Below, piece after piece: positions 39,718 through 49,364 of a stretch of DNA of 64,000 nucleotides. Source of the stretch: Nitrospira sp. (GTDB taxonomy: Bacteria; Nitrospirota; Nitrospiria; Nitrospirales; Nitrospiraceae); NCBI GenBank assembly GCA_047150005.1, contig AP038806.1, positions 1,504,001 to 1,568,000 of the forward strand. The letters run 5' to 3'. Position numbers and translations under genes: made by a program. Position 1 is the stretch's first letter. Each line of letters starts with the position of its first letter. The notes below the pieces were generated by a model. That model was not told where the DNA came from. It ran no database searches and worked only from the letters and a program-made list of their open reading frames with translations.

Positions 39718-40888
39718 AGAACCGTTCGGATGTATGGCCTCGTTGCTCGCTCTGGCGTTAGGGGCGGGACTGCCAGGGTGCAAGGAGCAGGCTGATTCAG
39801 CTCCGGCTCAGCAACTGGCTCAGGTCGAAGTGATCACCGTCTCCACACAGACCGTGCCGGATGAACCGGAATTCATCGGTCAGGCGGAAGCCTCCCGTCC
39901 GGTCGAGATCCGCTCGCAGGTGACGGGGATCCTCAAGGCCGTGATGTATTCGGAGGGCCGTGAGGTCAAAAAAGGAGATCGGCTCTACCAGATCGATCCC
40001 GTCCCTTTCCACGCCGCGGTGGCAAGCGCCAAAGCTAAGATCGCGCAAGCCGAAGCCAAGGTTGTGCAGGCCAAACAGGACCTGGCACGGGTAAAGCCGC
40101 TGCTCATCGAGCGGGCCGTGAGCCAGAAGGACGTGGATGACGCGGTGGCGGAGAATCTCTCGGCCAAAGCGGCCCTGCAGGGCGCCAAGGCCGATCTCAT
40201 CAAGGCGCAGTTCGATTTCGACAACACGCTGATCACGGCTCCAATCGACGGCATGATCGAGCGTAGCCGGTATTACGAGGGACGTCTGGTCTCGGCTCAA
40301 ACGGACTTGCTGACAGTGGTTCACCGCGTCGATCCGATGTATGTGGTCGTGAGTGTGCCGGAAACGTTTTTTCTCAAGCGAACCCATGACATTGAAGCCA
40401 AAAAGATCAACCACCCCGGTGCCTATGAATTGCGCGGCGCTCTGACCTTCATGGATGGGACTGCCTATCCCTACGAGGGAGTTCTGGATCTCATGGAGCC
40501 GGGCATGCGGACTGAGACAGGCTCGCGCATCGAGCGCATGACCTTTCCGAATCCCAAACGCACGCTGTTGCCGGGACAATTCGTGAAAGTGAAGTTCAAG
40601 GGAGACGCCAAGCCGAACGCCGTTCTGATTCCGCAACGGTCTGTGTTGCAAGGGCCTCAGGGCCCGTTCGTGTTTGTCGTGGGGCCGGAAGAACGGATCG
40701 AAATTCGGCCGGTCGAAGCGTCGGTCTGGCAAGGGGATCAGTGGCTCATCGACTCGGGGCTCAATCCCGGCGAGCGGGTCGTCGTCAACGGACTCATGAA
40801 GATCGGACCGGGCGCTCCGGTCAAGGCTGTGCCATGGACGCCAAACCCTCCGGCGGATGCTTCTCCTGATCAGACCAAGCAAGGATAA
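39701..40888 (+). CDS. RND efflux periplasmic adaptor (AcrA-like lipoprotein)
   Basis: LPGC lipobox, VEIRSQVTG, LYQIDP, APIDG. Confidence 0.92.
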   Translation: MAFLAKEPFGCMASLLALALGAGLPGCKEQADSAPAQQLAQVEVITVSTQTVPDEPEFIGQAEASRPVEIRSQVTGILKAVMYSEGREVKKGDRLYQIDPVPFHAAVASAKAKIAQAEAKVVQAKQDLARVKPLLIERAVSQKDVDDAVAENLSAKAALQGAKADLIKAQFDFDNTLITAPIDGMIERSRYYEGRLVSAQTDLLTVVHRVDPMYVVVSVPETFFLKRTHDIEAKKINHPGAYELRGALTFMDGTAYPYEGVLDLMEPGMRTETGSRIERMTFPNPKRTLLPGQFVKVKFKGDAKPNAVLIPQRSVLQGPQGPFVFVVGPEERIEIRPVEASVWQGDQWLIDSGLNPGERVVVNGLMKIGPGAPVKAVPWTPNPPADASPDQTKQG

Positions 40889-40891
40889 CCG

Positions 40892-43800
40892 GTGACCTCG
40901 CACGTCTTCATCGATCGGCCGATTCTGGCGTCCGTCGTGTCCATCGTGATTGTGGTGATGGGACTGCTGTCCGTTCAGTTTCTTCCGATCGCCCAATTTC
41001 CTGAAATCACGCCGCCGGTCGTCCAGATCGATGCCGACTATCCCGGCGCGAGCGCTGAAGTCGTCGCGGAATCGGTCGCGCGCGCCATCGAAGTCCAGCT
41101 TCCCGGCATCGACAATCTCGTCTATTTCGACAGCACGAGCAGCAACGACGGGCACGTCACGATCAAGCTGACCTTCGAGATCGGGACCGACCCGGATATC
41201 GCCCAGGTCCAGACGCAGAACCGGGAAAAACTCGCGGAGCCTCAGCTGCCTCCCGAAGTCATCCGGCAGGGAGTCAGCGTCAAGAAGATGTCGCCTGATT
41301 TGGTCGCGGTGATCGCCCTCAAATCGACCGATTCCAATCACGATGCCGTGTTCCTGTCGAACTACGCAATTTTGAGGCTGGTCGATAACGTGCGTCGCGT
41401 CAAGGGCGTCGGCGACGCGATGGTCTTTGGCCAGCAGAATTACAGCATGCGCATCATCTTGAATCCGCTGCTGATGGCTAAGCTGGGCCTGACCCCGACG
41501 GACATTGCGGCGATCATTCGGGAACAGAACCGCGACTATCCGGCCGGCACGATCGGGCGGGAACCCGCGCCCAAAGGCACCGAGTTGACAATTCCGGTCA
41601 TCACCAAGGGGCGTTTGACCGAGGTGAAGGATTTCGAGGAGTTGATCGTGCGCGCCCTGCCCGACGGCTCGCTCGTGCGATTGAAAGATGTTGCCCGCAT
41701 CGAACTCGGCGCGCAATCCTATGCGCTCGAAGGCCGCTGGAACAGCAGCCCGACCACGTTCATCGTCACGTTTCTGGCGCCGGGAGCCAATGCGTTGGAT
41801 ACCGTGCGGCGGACGCGGGCTGAGATGGATGAGATGGCCAAGAGCTTTCCGCCCGGCGTGTCCTACGACATTCCCTACGACACCACGAGATTCATCGAAG
41901 TGTCCATCAAGGAAGTGGTGAAGACATTGCTGGAAGCGATGGTCCTGGTGGTGCTGGTCGTGTACCTGTTCCTCCAAAGCTGGCGGGCGACGATCATTCC
42001 GACGGTGGCGGTGCCCGTCTCCCTCATCGGGACGTTCGCCGGCCTGTACGCCCTGGGCTTCTCGATCAATACCATTACGCTCTTCGGGATGGTCTTGGCC
42101 ATCGGTATCGTCGTCGATGACGCCATCGTCGTGGTCGAAAACGTTGAACGGCACATGCGCGAGGACAAAGTCTCCGCCAAAGAGGCGGCCAAACGCGCCA
42201 TGAATGAAGTGACCGCGCCGGTCATCGCCATCGTGCTGGTGCTGGTCTCGGTGTTCGTGCCGGTCGGGTTCGTCGGCGGCATCACGGGGCAACTCTACAA
42301 GCAGTTTGCCGCCACTATTGCGATTTCGGTGACAGTCTCCGGCTTCGTCGCGCTCACGCTGAGCCCCGCGCTGTGCGCGATGGTCCTGGTCCATCAACAG
42401 GGCGAACGAGGAAAGTTCTGGATCTGGTTCGACCGGGTGTTCGGCAGAACGCAACATGGCTATACCAGCATCGTCGGCGGACTCGTCGTCAGACCCCTTC
42501 GGGTGATGCTGGTGTTCGGTCTCGTGCTGCTCGTGACGTTCGGCATGTTCAGCACCCTGCCCCGCAGCTTCCTGCCCGAAGAGGACCAAGGCTACTTCAT
42601 CGTCGTGGCGCAGTTGCCCGACGGGGCCTCGAAGCAACGGACTGACGCGGTGTTGGAGCGGATCGAGCGGTTTTTCCAGGCGAACCCGGCCGTTCACTCA
42701 ACCGATGCTATGTCCGGACAGAACTTCGTGTTCGGAACCAGAGGGCCGAATGCGGCCACGATGTTCGTGCCCCTGCATCTGTGGGACCAACGAAAGGAAC
42801 CGCAGTTTCACGTGCAATCGCTGATCGGCATGGCCTATGGGGAGTTCGCCAAGATTCCGGAAGCTCTGCTCCTGGCGTTCAACGCTCCGTCGCTCCGGGG
42901 CGTAGGCACGGTCGGAGGTTTCTCGGCACAATTGCAGGATCCGAGCGGCGGGGACTTCAAGAAGTTCGCCATGGTGGCGCAGCAATTCATCGAGCGGGCA
43001 AAGAAGGAGCCGGCCCTCGGCCAGGTCGGCACGAATTTTCGGGTCTCCGCGCCCCGGCTCTACGCTCACGTGAATCGCGAACGGGCCAAGGCGCTCGGCG
43101 TGCCGATCTCGGACATTTTCGATACGCTCCAAGCCTATTTCGGGACGTTCTATATCAACGATTTTCTCAAGTTCGGGCGCATCTACCACGTGCAGACGGA
43201 AGCCGACGCGGAATTTCGCTCCAAGCCGCAGGACATTTCCAAGATTTACGTCCGCGCACAGAACGCGCAAGGCACGAACATGATCCCGTTGGACACGGTC
43301 GTCACGACGGAGTATCAGAGCGGGCCGGATCCGGTGAACCACTTCAACGGGTACAACACGGCGCTCGTGTTGGGTTCCGCCGCACCCGGCTACAGTTCGG
43401 GACAGGCGCTCGAAGCGCTGGACCGGGTGGCGAAGGAGGTCTTGGTTCCTCAAGGCTATGCGATCGACTGGAGTAATATTTCGTTTCAGGAACGCCGGGT
43501 GGGTAGTCAATCCAACCTGGTCTTCGTCATCGGCCTGCTGATGGTCTTTCTGGTGTTGGCGGCGCAGTTCGAGAGTTGGGTCGTGCCCTTCGCGGTCATC
43601 TTGGCCGTGCCCTTCGCAATTTTTGGGGCGTTGACGGCGGTCTGGGTGAGAGGACTCACGAACGACATCTATTTCCAAATCGGCCTCGTCACGCTGATCG
43701 GTCTCGCGGCCAAGAATGCGATTTTGATCGTGGAGTTCGCCAATACGCGCTACGAAGCCGGACGTCCGCTGATCGAAGCGGCAGTGGAGGCCGCGCGCTT

Positions 43801-44065
43801 GCGGTTCCGTCCCATCATCATGACGTCGATGGCCTTCATCTTCGGCATGGTGCCGCTGGTGTTCGCCACCGGCGCGGGGGCAGCCAGTCGCCAATCCATC
43901 GGCACCGGGGTCCTGGGCGGCATGCTCGCCGCGACGTTTTTGGCGATCTTCTTCGTGCCGTTGTTCTACGTGCTGATTCGAAAGCTGACCGTTCGTCGAC
44001 GCGAGCCAGTTCCGTCACATGCGGGGCCAACGGGTCCGCTCATCTCTGCCGGGGAGGGATTCTGA
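40892..44065 (+). CDS. HAE1 RND efflux permease (AcrB-like)
   Basis: FIDRP, GIVVDDAIVVVEN, AKNAILIVEFA, RFRPIIMT. Confidence 0.95.
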   Translation: MTSHVFIDRPILASVVSIVIVVMGLLSVQFLPIAQFPEITPPVVQIDADYPGASAEVVAESVARAIEVQLPGIDNLVYFDSTSSNDGHVTIKLTFEIGTDPDIAQVQTQNREKLAEPQLPPEVIRQGVSVKKMSPDLVAVIALKSTDSNHDAVFLSNYAILRLVDNVRRVKGVGDAMVFGQQNYSMRIILNPLLMAKLGLTPTDIAAIIREQNRDYPAGTIGREPAPKGTELTIPVITKGRLTEVKDFEELIVRALPDGSLVRLKDVARIELGAQSYALEGRWNSSPTTFIVTFLAPGANALDTVRRTRAEMDEMAKSFPPGVSYDIPYDTTRFIEVSIKEVVKTLLEAMVLVVLVVYLFLQSWRATIIPTVAVPVSLIGTFAGLYALGFSINTITLFGMVLAIGIVVDDAIVVVENVERHMREDKVSAKEAAKRAMNEVTAPVIAIVLVLVSVFVPVGFVGGITGQLYKQFAATIAISVTVSGFVALTLSPALCAMVLVHQQGERGKFWIWFDRVFGRTQHGYTSIVGGLVVRPLRVMLVFGLVLLVTFGMFSTLPRSFLPEEDQGYFIVVAQLPDGASKQRTDAVLERIERFFQANPAVHSTDAMSGQNFVFGTRGPNAATMFVPLHLWDQRKEPQFHVQSLIGMAYGEFAKIPEALLLAFNAPSLRGVGTVGGFSAQLQDPSGGDFKKFAMVAQQFIERAKKEPALGQVGTNFRVSAPRLYAHVNRERAKALGVPISDIFDTLQAYFGTFYINDFLKFGRIYHVQTEADAEFRSKPQDISKIYVRAQNAQGTNMIPLDTVVTTEYQSGPDPVNHFNGYNTALVLGSAAPGYSSGQALEALDRVAKEVLVPQGYAIDWSNISFQERRVGSQSNLVFVIGLLMVFLVLAAQFESWVVPFAVILAVPFAIFGALTAVWVRGLTNDIYFQIGLVTLIGLAAKNAILIVEFANTRYEAGRPLIEAAVEAARLRFRPIIMTSMAFIFGMVPLVFATGAGAASRQSIGTGVLGGMLAATFLAIFFVPLFYVLIRKLTVRRREPVPSHAGPTGPLISAGEGF

Positions 44066-44066
44066 A

Positions 44067-45497
44067 ATGCGCACGATACTGCTTCTTCTTTTGGCTGCCG
44101 TGTCGCTCTCCTGTGCCGTCGGGCCCGATTACGAACGGCCGGCCGGGTTTCCGGCGGAGAAGTTTCGGATGGCGGAACCGACGACTGATACGTCCTCGAT
44201 CGCCAATATGCCGTGGTGGGAGCTGCTCAAAGATGAAGAACTCCAGAAACTGATCCGTATCTCACTGGAAGAGAACAAAGACCTCAAACGGGCGATCGCC
44301 ACAATCGAAGAATTTGAATCGAAACTCTTCATCGCCCGCACCGATTTTGCCCCCCAGTTGAGCGGCACGGCGTATGCGCCGTCGTTCGGACGAAGATCTG
44401 TCTTCCTCGTTCCCGGTTTTCCCAACCCGTTTAACTATTACCTGCAGGGGAATATCTCATGGGAGATCGATATCTGGGGCCGCATCCGCCGCTCCAATGA
44501 GGCGGCTCGCGCGGACCTCCTGGCCAAGGAGGAAAGCCAACGGGCGGTGGTGTTGCAACTTGTGAGCGGCGTAGCGGAGGCCTATTTCGATCTATTGCAG
44601 TTCGATATGCAATTGGAGATCGCCAGGCAGACCGTGAAATCGTGGGAAGAGTCCGTCCGGATCGCACAGGCCAGGCTGCGACAGGGCCTCACCAACAAGC
44701 TGGATCTGGATCAATTCGAGTCGGAGCGGGCGAATGCCGCGGCAAGGACGGCTGAGCTGGAACGTCAGATGGTGCAGAAAGAGAACCAGATCAGTGTCTT
44801 GCTGGGCCGCAATCCCCAGCAGATTCCACGGGGGCGATCTCTCACCGAACAGGTCATTCCCCCCGAAGTCCCTGCTGGTCTGCCGTCGGAACTTCTGCAA
44901 CGACGACCGGATATCGTGCAGGCGGAGCGGGAGATGGCGGCGGCCACGGCGCGGATCGGCATGGCGAAAGCGGACCGCTTTCCGAAACTGTCCCTGACTG
45001 GAATCCTGGGTGTCGCCAATCCGAAAATTGCGAGATTGTTCAACTCGGAAGGCGAATTCGGGGTGCTGGGTCCGACCCTGGCAGGCCCACTTTTGAATGC
45101 GCAGATCCTGGGATTTCAACAGAAGACCGTCGAAGCGCAAACTCGACAGACTCTGGCGCACTACGAGCAGACGCTCCTTGTCGCCTTCAAGGAAGTGGAA
45201 GACGCCCTGGTCGCGGTCCGCACGGCTCGCGAGCAGCGCGTAGCGCAGGTTCAGCAGGTGGATGCCCTGAGATCGGCGTTTCGACTGGCCGAGCTCCGGT
45301 ACAAAGGGGGATTGGCGAATTATCTCGACGTTCTGGTCGCGCGGCGCAATCTGTTCGATGCGGAATTGGCGCTGACCGGGACCCATCGCCTCCATCTCGT
45401 CTCAGTCGTCCAGCTCTACAAGGCCTTGGGCGGCGGGTGGTCGCCGGAGACGGCCGGCGGCAATTCGGGGTCGACGACTCAGAAGAGTGCCGGATAA
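44067..45497 (+). CDS. Outer membrane efflux lipoprotein (OprM/NodT family)
   Basis: Lipobox-like SLSC, AVGPDY, WEIDIWG, LLQRRPD, LYKALGGGW. Confidence 0.93.
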   Translation: MRTILLLLLAAVSLSCAVGPDYERPAGFPAEKFRMAEPTTDTSSIANMPWWELLKDEELQKLIRISLEENKDLKRAIATIEEFESKLFIARTDFAPQLSGTAYAPSFGRRSVFLVPGFPNPFNYYLQGNISWEIDIWGRIRRSNEAARADLLAKEESQRAVVLQLVSGVAEAYFDLLQFDMQLEIARQTVKSWEESVRIAQARLRQGLTNKLDLDQFESERANAAARTAELERQMVQKENQISVLLGRNPQQIPRGRSLTEQVIPPEVPAGLPSELLQRRPDIVQAEREMAAATARIGMAKADRFPKLSLTGILGVANPKIARLFNSEGEFGVLGPTLAGPLLNAQILGFQQKTVEAQTRQTLAHYEQTLLVAFKEVEDALVAVRTAREQRVAQVQQVDALRSAFRLAELRYKGGLANYLDVLVARRNLFDAELALTGTHRLHLVSVVQLYKALGGGWSPETAGGNSGSTTQKSAG

Positions 45498-45563
45498 GAT
45501 CGGTCGCGGGCGAAGCGCAAGCCCGCCAACGTCGGTTCATGACCATCGTGTAGGGAGGCAGCC

Positions 45564-45782
45564 ATGTCCAAACGAACGACGAAGCAACCCGCGTCCTCGG
45601 GACTCAAACGCATCATCTTCGGAACCGGCGGGAACGGGCCGAGTACCCAGGACCTCCATCAACAAATCGCTCGACGCGCCTATGAGCTCTACCTCGAGCG
45701 GGGCGCCGGGGATGGCCGGGCCGACGAGGACTGGTTGCGGGCCGAACGCGAAGTGTGCGGGAAACAGGTCCAGCCTTCGTGA
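45564..45782 (+). CDS. DUF2934 protein
   Basis: IARRAYELY..RG...G...EDWLRAE. Confidence 0.85.
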   Translation: MSKRTTKQPASSGLKRIIFGTGGNGPSTQDLHQQIARRAYELYLERGAGDGRADEDWLRAEREVCGKQVQPS

Positions 45783-45788
45783 GCCCTG

Positions 45789-46391
45789 ATGGAAAAGCCT
45801 GCGGAGTCCCAGTATCCCATCCATGACCTCTTGCGCCGCCGCTGGAGTCCGCGCGCATTTGCCGAACGATCTCTGGAGGGGGAAAAGGCGCGGAGCCTGT
45901 TCGAAGCGGCGCGCTGGGCACCCTCGTCGAACAACGAGCAGCCCTGGCGCTTCCTGGCGGCAAGCCGCGACGCGGGAGCGGATTACGATCGGCTTCTGGC
46001 ATGCCTAAATGAGAGCAATCGAAAATGGGCCTGCCGTGCCCCGCTGTTGATTCTGTCGGTAGCGGGATTGCATTTTGAGGACGACGACAAACCGAACCGG
46101 CACGCATTTCATGATACGGGTCTGGCGGCGGAAAATCTGGTCCTGCAGGCGGTGGCGCTCGGACTTGTCGCCCATCAGATGGCCGGGTTCGACATCGAGA
46201 AGGCGCGGTCGACCTGTCGGATTCCTTCCGGGTATGAACCGGTGGCAATGATCGCCGTGGGCTATCCGGGGGACCCGTCGCTGCTTTCCGATCGTCTTCG
46301 CGAACGGGAAATGAAGCCGCGCGCCCGCAAGCCGATCGGCGAATTTGTGTTCTCAGCTCAGTGGGGCCAGGTTTCATCTCTGGTTCGGTAA
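45789..46391 (+). CDS. Nitroreductase family protein
   Basis: RRWSPRAF, APSSNNEQPWRF. Confidence 0.9.
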   Translation: MEKPAESQYPIHDLLRRRWSPRAFAERSLEGEKARSLFEAARWAPSSNNEQPWRFLAASRDAGADYDRLLACLNESNRKWACRAPLLILSVAGLHFEDDDKPNRHAFHDTGLAAENLVLQAVALGLVAHQMAGFDIEKARSTCRIPSGYEPVAMIAVGYPGDPSLLSDRLREREMKPRARKPIGEFVFSAQWGQVSSLVR

Positions 46392-46398
46392 ACCGGTG

Positions 46399-47046
46399 AT
46401 GCGCCACGCATCAGCGATTCGCCATCTCTCGCTGGTCGACCCGGTCATGGAGCGATTGATCCGAGACATCGGGCCCTGCACATTGGCGCCGCGGACTAGG
46501 CGGTCGCCGTTTGAATCGCTGGCCAGAGCAATCGCGTATCAGCAACTTCACGAAAGAGCGGCGGAAAGCATTCTCCGCCGATTTGTCTCCCTCTTCCCCC
46601 GCCGTCGATTCCCTCGTCCGGAGGAGTTGCTCACGCTTCACGCGAGCCGGATGAGACGATCGGGGTTCTCTCGAGCCAAAGTGCTGGCGCTTCGAGATTT
46701 GGCCGCCAGGACGCTGGACGGCACGGTGCCGACCAGTCGCGCGATCAAGCGGCTGGACGACGACGCGATCGTCGAGCGACTCATCGCAATTCGAGGGGTC
46801 GGGAAGTGGACGGTCGAGATGCTGCTGATTTTTCAGCTGGGTCGTCCGGACGTGCTGCCGGTGGATGATTTCGGCCTACGAAACGGCTTTCGCGTCGCGT
46901 ACGGCCGCCGATCAATGCCGACTTCGAAGGAGATGTTACGATATGGTCAAAGATGGAAACCCTACCGCACCGCCGCCTCCTGGTACCTGTGGCGGGCAGC
47001 GGATCGCGAACGGCTGAGGAAGGCGACGCTCGGCATGAAGGCGTAG
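46399..47046 (+). CDS. alkA: DNA-3-methyladenine glycosylase II family
   Basis: IAYQQL, HhH motif IRGVGKWT, LPVDD, WKPYRT. Confidence 0.85.
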   Translation: MRHASAIRHLSLVDPVMERLIRDIGPCTLAPRTRRSPFESLARAIAYQQLHERAAESILRRFVSLFPRRRFPRPEELLTLHASRMRRSGFSRAKVLALRDLAARTLDGTVPTSRAIKRLDDDAIVERLIAIRGVGKWTVEMLLIFQLGRPDVLPVDDFGLRNGFRVAYGRRSMPTSKEMLRYGQRWKPYRTAASWYLWRAADRERLRKATLGMKA

Positions 47047-47056
47047 AAGCTGGTTT

Positions 47057-47932
47057 ATGGCTGACCGAAAGACGCGGCTCGATTCCAACGTGGCGGGAAA
47101 CTTTTTCGTGGACGCATCGTGCATCAACTGCGACACCTGCCGACAACTGGCGCCGAGGAGCTTCGAGGAGATCGGCGAATATTCGTCGGTCGTGCTCCAG
47201 CCGGACGGTGACGAGCAGACTCACCAAGCCTATCAAGCGCTCCTCGCCTGTCCGGTCGGCTCAATCGGGACAGAGCACAGCGACCCCGTGCGCTTGCAGA
47301 AGGCGAAAGCCAGCTTCCCTCTGCATCTGGATGGCGGCGTCTATTATTGCGGGTTCAATTCGGAGAAGTCGTTCGGCGCCAACAGTTTCTTCGTCCGGCA
47401 TCCCGACGGCAACTGGCTGGTCGATTCGCCTCGATATCTGAAGCAACTGGTCAACGCGTTCGAGGGCATGGGCGGGATCAGTAGCGTTTTCCTCACGCAC
47501 GAAGACGACGTGGCCGATGCCGACAAATATGCCGAGCACTTCGGGGCGAAGCGGATCATCCACTGCGCGGACGCGGACGCGGTTCCCGGTGCGGAATGGA
47601 TTGTCGAGGGGACGGAACCTCAGCAGCTTGCGCCGGATTTTCTCGTCATTCCCGTACCGGGCCACACGCCGGGCTCGCAAGCGCTGCTGTACAAGGAGCG
47701 GTTCCTGTTTACCGGCGACCATCTTTGGTGGGAGCCGGATTCCGGGCGACTGGGCGCGCCGAAATCGCTGGTCTGGGACCGCGAACAGTTGATTCAGTCG
47801 ATCGAGAAACTGCTTCACCACCGGTTCGAGTGGGTGCTGGCCGGTCATGGACATCGGGTCCGCCTGTCGCCGGACCTTCTTCGCAGGAAGCTTGAAGACC
47901 TTCTCGAACGACGGCTCGTCATGCCCTCATGA
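47057..47932 (+). CDS. Ferredoxin plus MBL-fold fusion
   Basis: CINCDTC...ACP, THEDD, PGHTPG, FTGDH. Confidence 0.85.
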   Translation: MADRKTRLDSNVAGNFFVDASCINCDTCRQLAPRSFEEIGEYSSVVLQPDGDEQTHQAYQALLACPVGSIGTEHSDPVRLQKAKASFPLHLDGGVYYCGFNSEKSFGANSFFVRHPDGNWLVDSPRYLKQLVNAFEGMGGISSVFLTHEDDVADADKYAEHFGAKRIIHCADADAVPGAEWIVEGTEPQQLAPDFLVIPVPGHTPGSQALLYKERFLFTGDHLWWEPDSGRLGAPKSLVWDREQLIQSIEKLLHHRFEWVLAGHGHRVRLSPDLLRRKLEDLLERRLVMPS

Positions 47933-47994
47933 GCCGGTACGTCTTCGACAAGCATGCGGAAGCAGACGAATAATATGCCGTATAGGAGCCAATC

Positions 47995-48945
47995 ATGACG
48001 GACAAGAAGGTCATCGCGGTGGTCGGGGCAACCGGCGCGCAGGGCGGGGGACTGGTCCGGGCGATCGTGAACGATCCGGCCGGAGACATGAAGGTCCGCG
48101 CGCTGACGAGAAATCCAGAGAGCGAGAAGGCCAAGGCGTTGATCGCTATGGGCGTGGACGTCGTCCATGCCGATCTCGATGATCTCGGGGGCCTGAAGCG
48201 CGCCTTTGCAGGAGCCTACGGCGTGTTCTGCGTGACTAACTTCTGGGAGCACTTCTCACCGGAGAAGGAATTGAAACAGGCTGCGGCCCAGGCAGAGGCG
48301 GCCAGGGCGGCCGGCGCACGGCATGTGATATGGTCAACGCTCGAAGATACGCGTCGGTGGGTGCCGCTTTCCGACAATCGCATGCCGACCTTGATGGGGA
48401 AGTACAAGGTCCCCCATTTCGACGCCAAGGGGGAGGCAGATAAGGAATTCACCAATCGGGCGATCCCCACGACCTTGCTCCTGACATCCTTTTATTGGGA
48501 CAACATGATTTTCTTCGGCATGGCTCCGAAGAAGGGGCCTGACGGTGTATTGCAATTCACGTTGCCGATGGGGAACAAGAAACTGCCGGGGATCGCCGCA
48601 GAGGACATCGGCAAATGCGCGCTCGGCATCTTCAAGAAGGGCCGGGAGTATATCGGGAAGACCGTCGGGATTGCGGGAGAGCTGTTGACCGGGGCCGAGA
48701 TGGCCCAGGCCATGACCGACGCCTTCAAGCAGCCGGTGCGCCATCAGGACATGTCCCCGGAAGCGTATCGCGGCCTGGGCTTTCCCGGCGCCGATGATCT
48801 CGGCAACATGTTTCAATTCAACCGCGACTTCAACGAGGTGTTTTGCGGGCCTCGCGATCCGGTGTTCGCGCGCGCGCTGAACCCGGCCCTGCAGTCGTTT
48901 GCCGCCTGGCTGGGTCAGAACAAGAGCCGCATTCCCTTGAGTTAA
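47995..48945 (+). CDS. NmrA/HSCARG family protein
   Basis: GATGAQGG, RALTR, PHFDAK. Confidence 0.9.
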   Translation: MTDKKVIAVVGATGAQGGGLVRAIVNDPAGDMKVRALTRNPESEKAKALIAMGVDVVHADLDDLGGLKRAFAGAYGVFCVTNFWEHFSPEKELKQAAAQAEAARAAGARHVIWSTLEDTRRWVPLSDNRMPTLMGKYKVPHFDAKGEADKEFTNRAIPTTLLLTSFYWDNMIFFGMAPKKGPDGVLQFTLPMGNKKLPGIAAEDIGKCALGIFKKGREYIGKTVGIAGELLTGAEMAQAMTDAFKQPVRHQDMSPEAYRGLGFPGADDLGNMFQFNRDFNEVFCGPRDPVFARALNPALQSFAAWLGQNKSRIPLS

Positions 48946-48963
48946 CGAGCAGAAGGAGTCGGC

Positions 48964-49350
48964 ATGGCACGACAGAATGTTTCGACCGGTGGTCCCTGGG
49001 AAGGCAAGATCGGCTACTCGCGGGCGGTGCGGGTCGGTCAATCGGTATCCGTATCCGGCTCGACGGCCATGACGCCGTCCGGGCTGGTCGGCAAAGAGGA
49101 CGCCTATGCGCAGACGATCCAGACATTCAAGACCATTGAAGCGGCGCTCAAGCAGGCCGGGGCCTCGTTGAGCGACGTGGTCCGGACCCGCATCTACATG
49201 GCGAACATCGATCAGTGGCAGGAGGTGGGCCGGGCGCACGGGGAAATCTTCGGCACGATCAGGCCGGCCACGACGATGGTCGAAGTGAAACGGTTGATCG
49301 ATCCCGACATGCTCGTGGAGATCGAAGCGGACGCGATCGTCTCGGCCTGA
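48964..49350 (+). CDS. RidA family protein
   Basis: GYSRAVRVG, RPATTM, LVEIEADA. Confidence 0.9.
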   Translation: MARQNVSTGGPWEGKIGYSRAVRVGQSVSVSGSTAMTPSGLVGKEDAYAQTIQTFKTIEAALKQAGASLSDVVRTRIYMANIDQWQEVGRAHGEIFGTIRPATTMVEVKRLIDPDMLVEIEADAIVSA

Positions 49351-49364
49351 CGGCGCCGCTCTGC

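Noticed and set aside
39797..42697. Long minus-strand ORFs (966 aa here; also 55465..57435, 30928..32556, 29290..30618)
   Set aside because: Antisense shadows of well-supported plus-strand genes in GC-rich DNA; no recognisable motifs.
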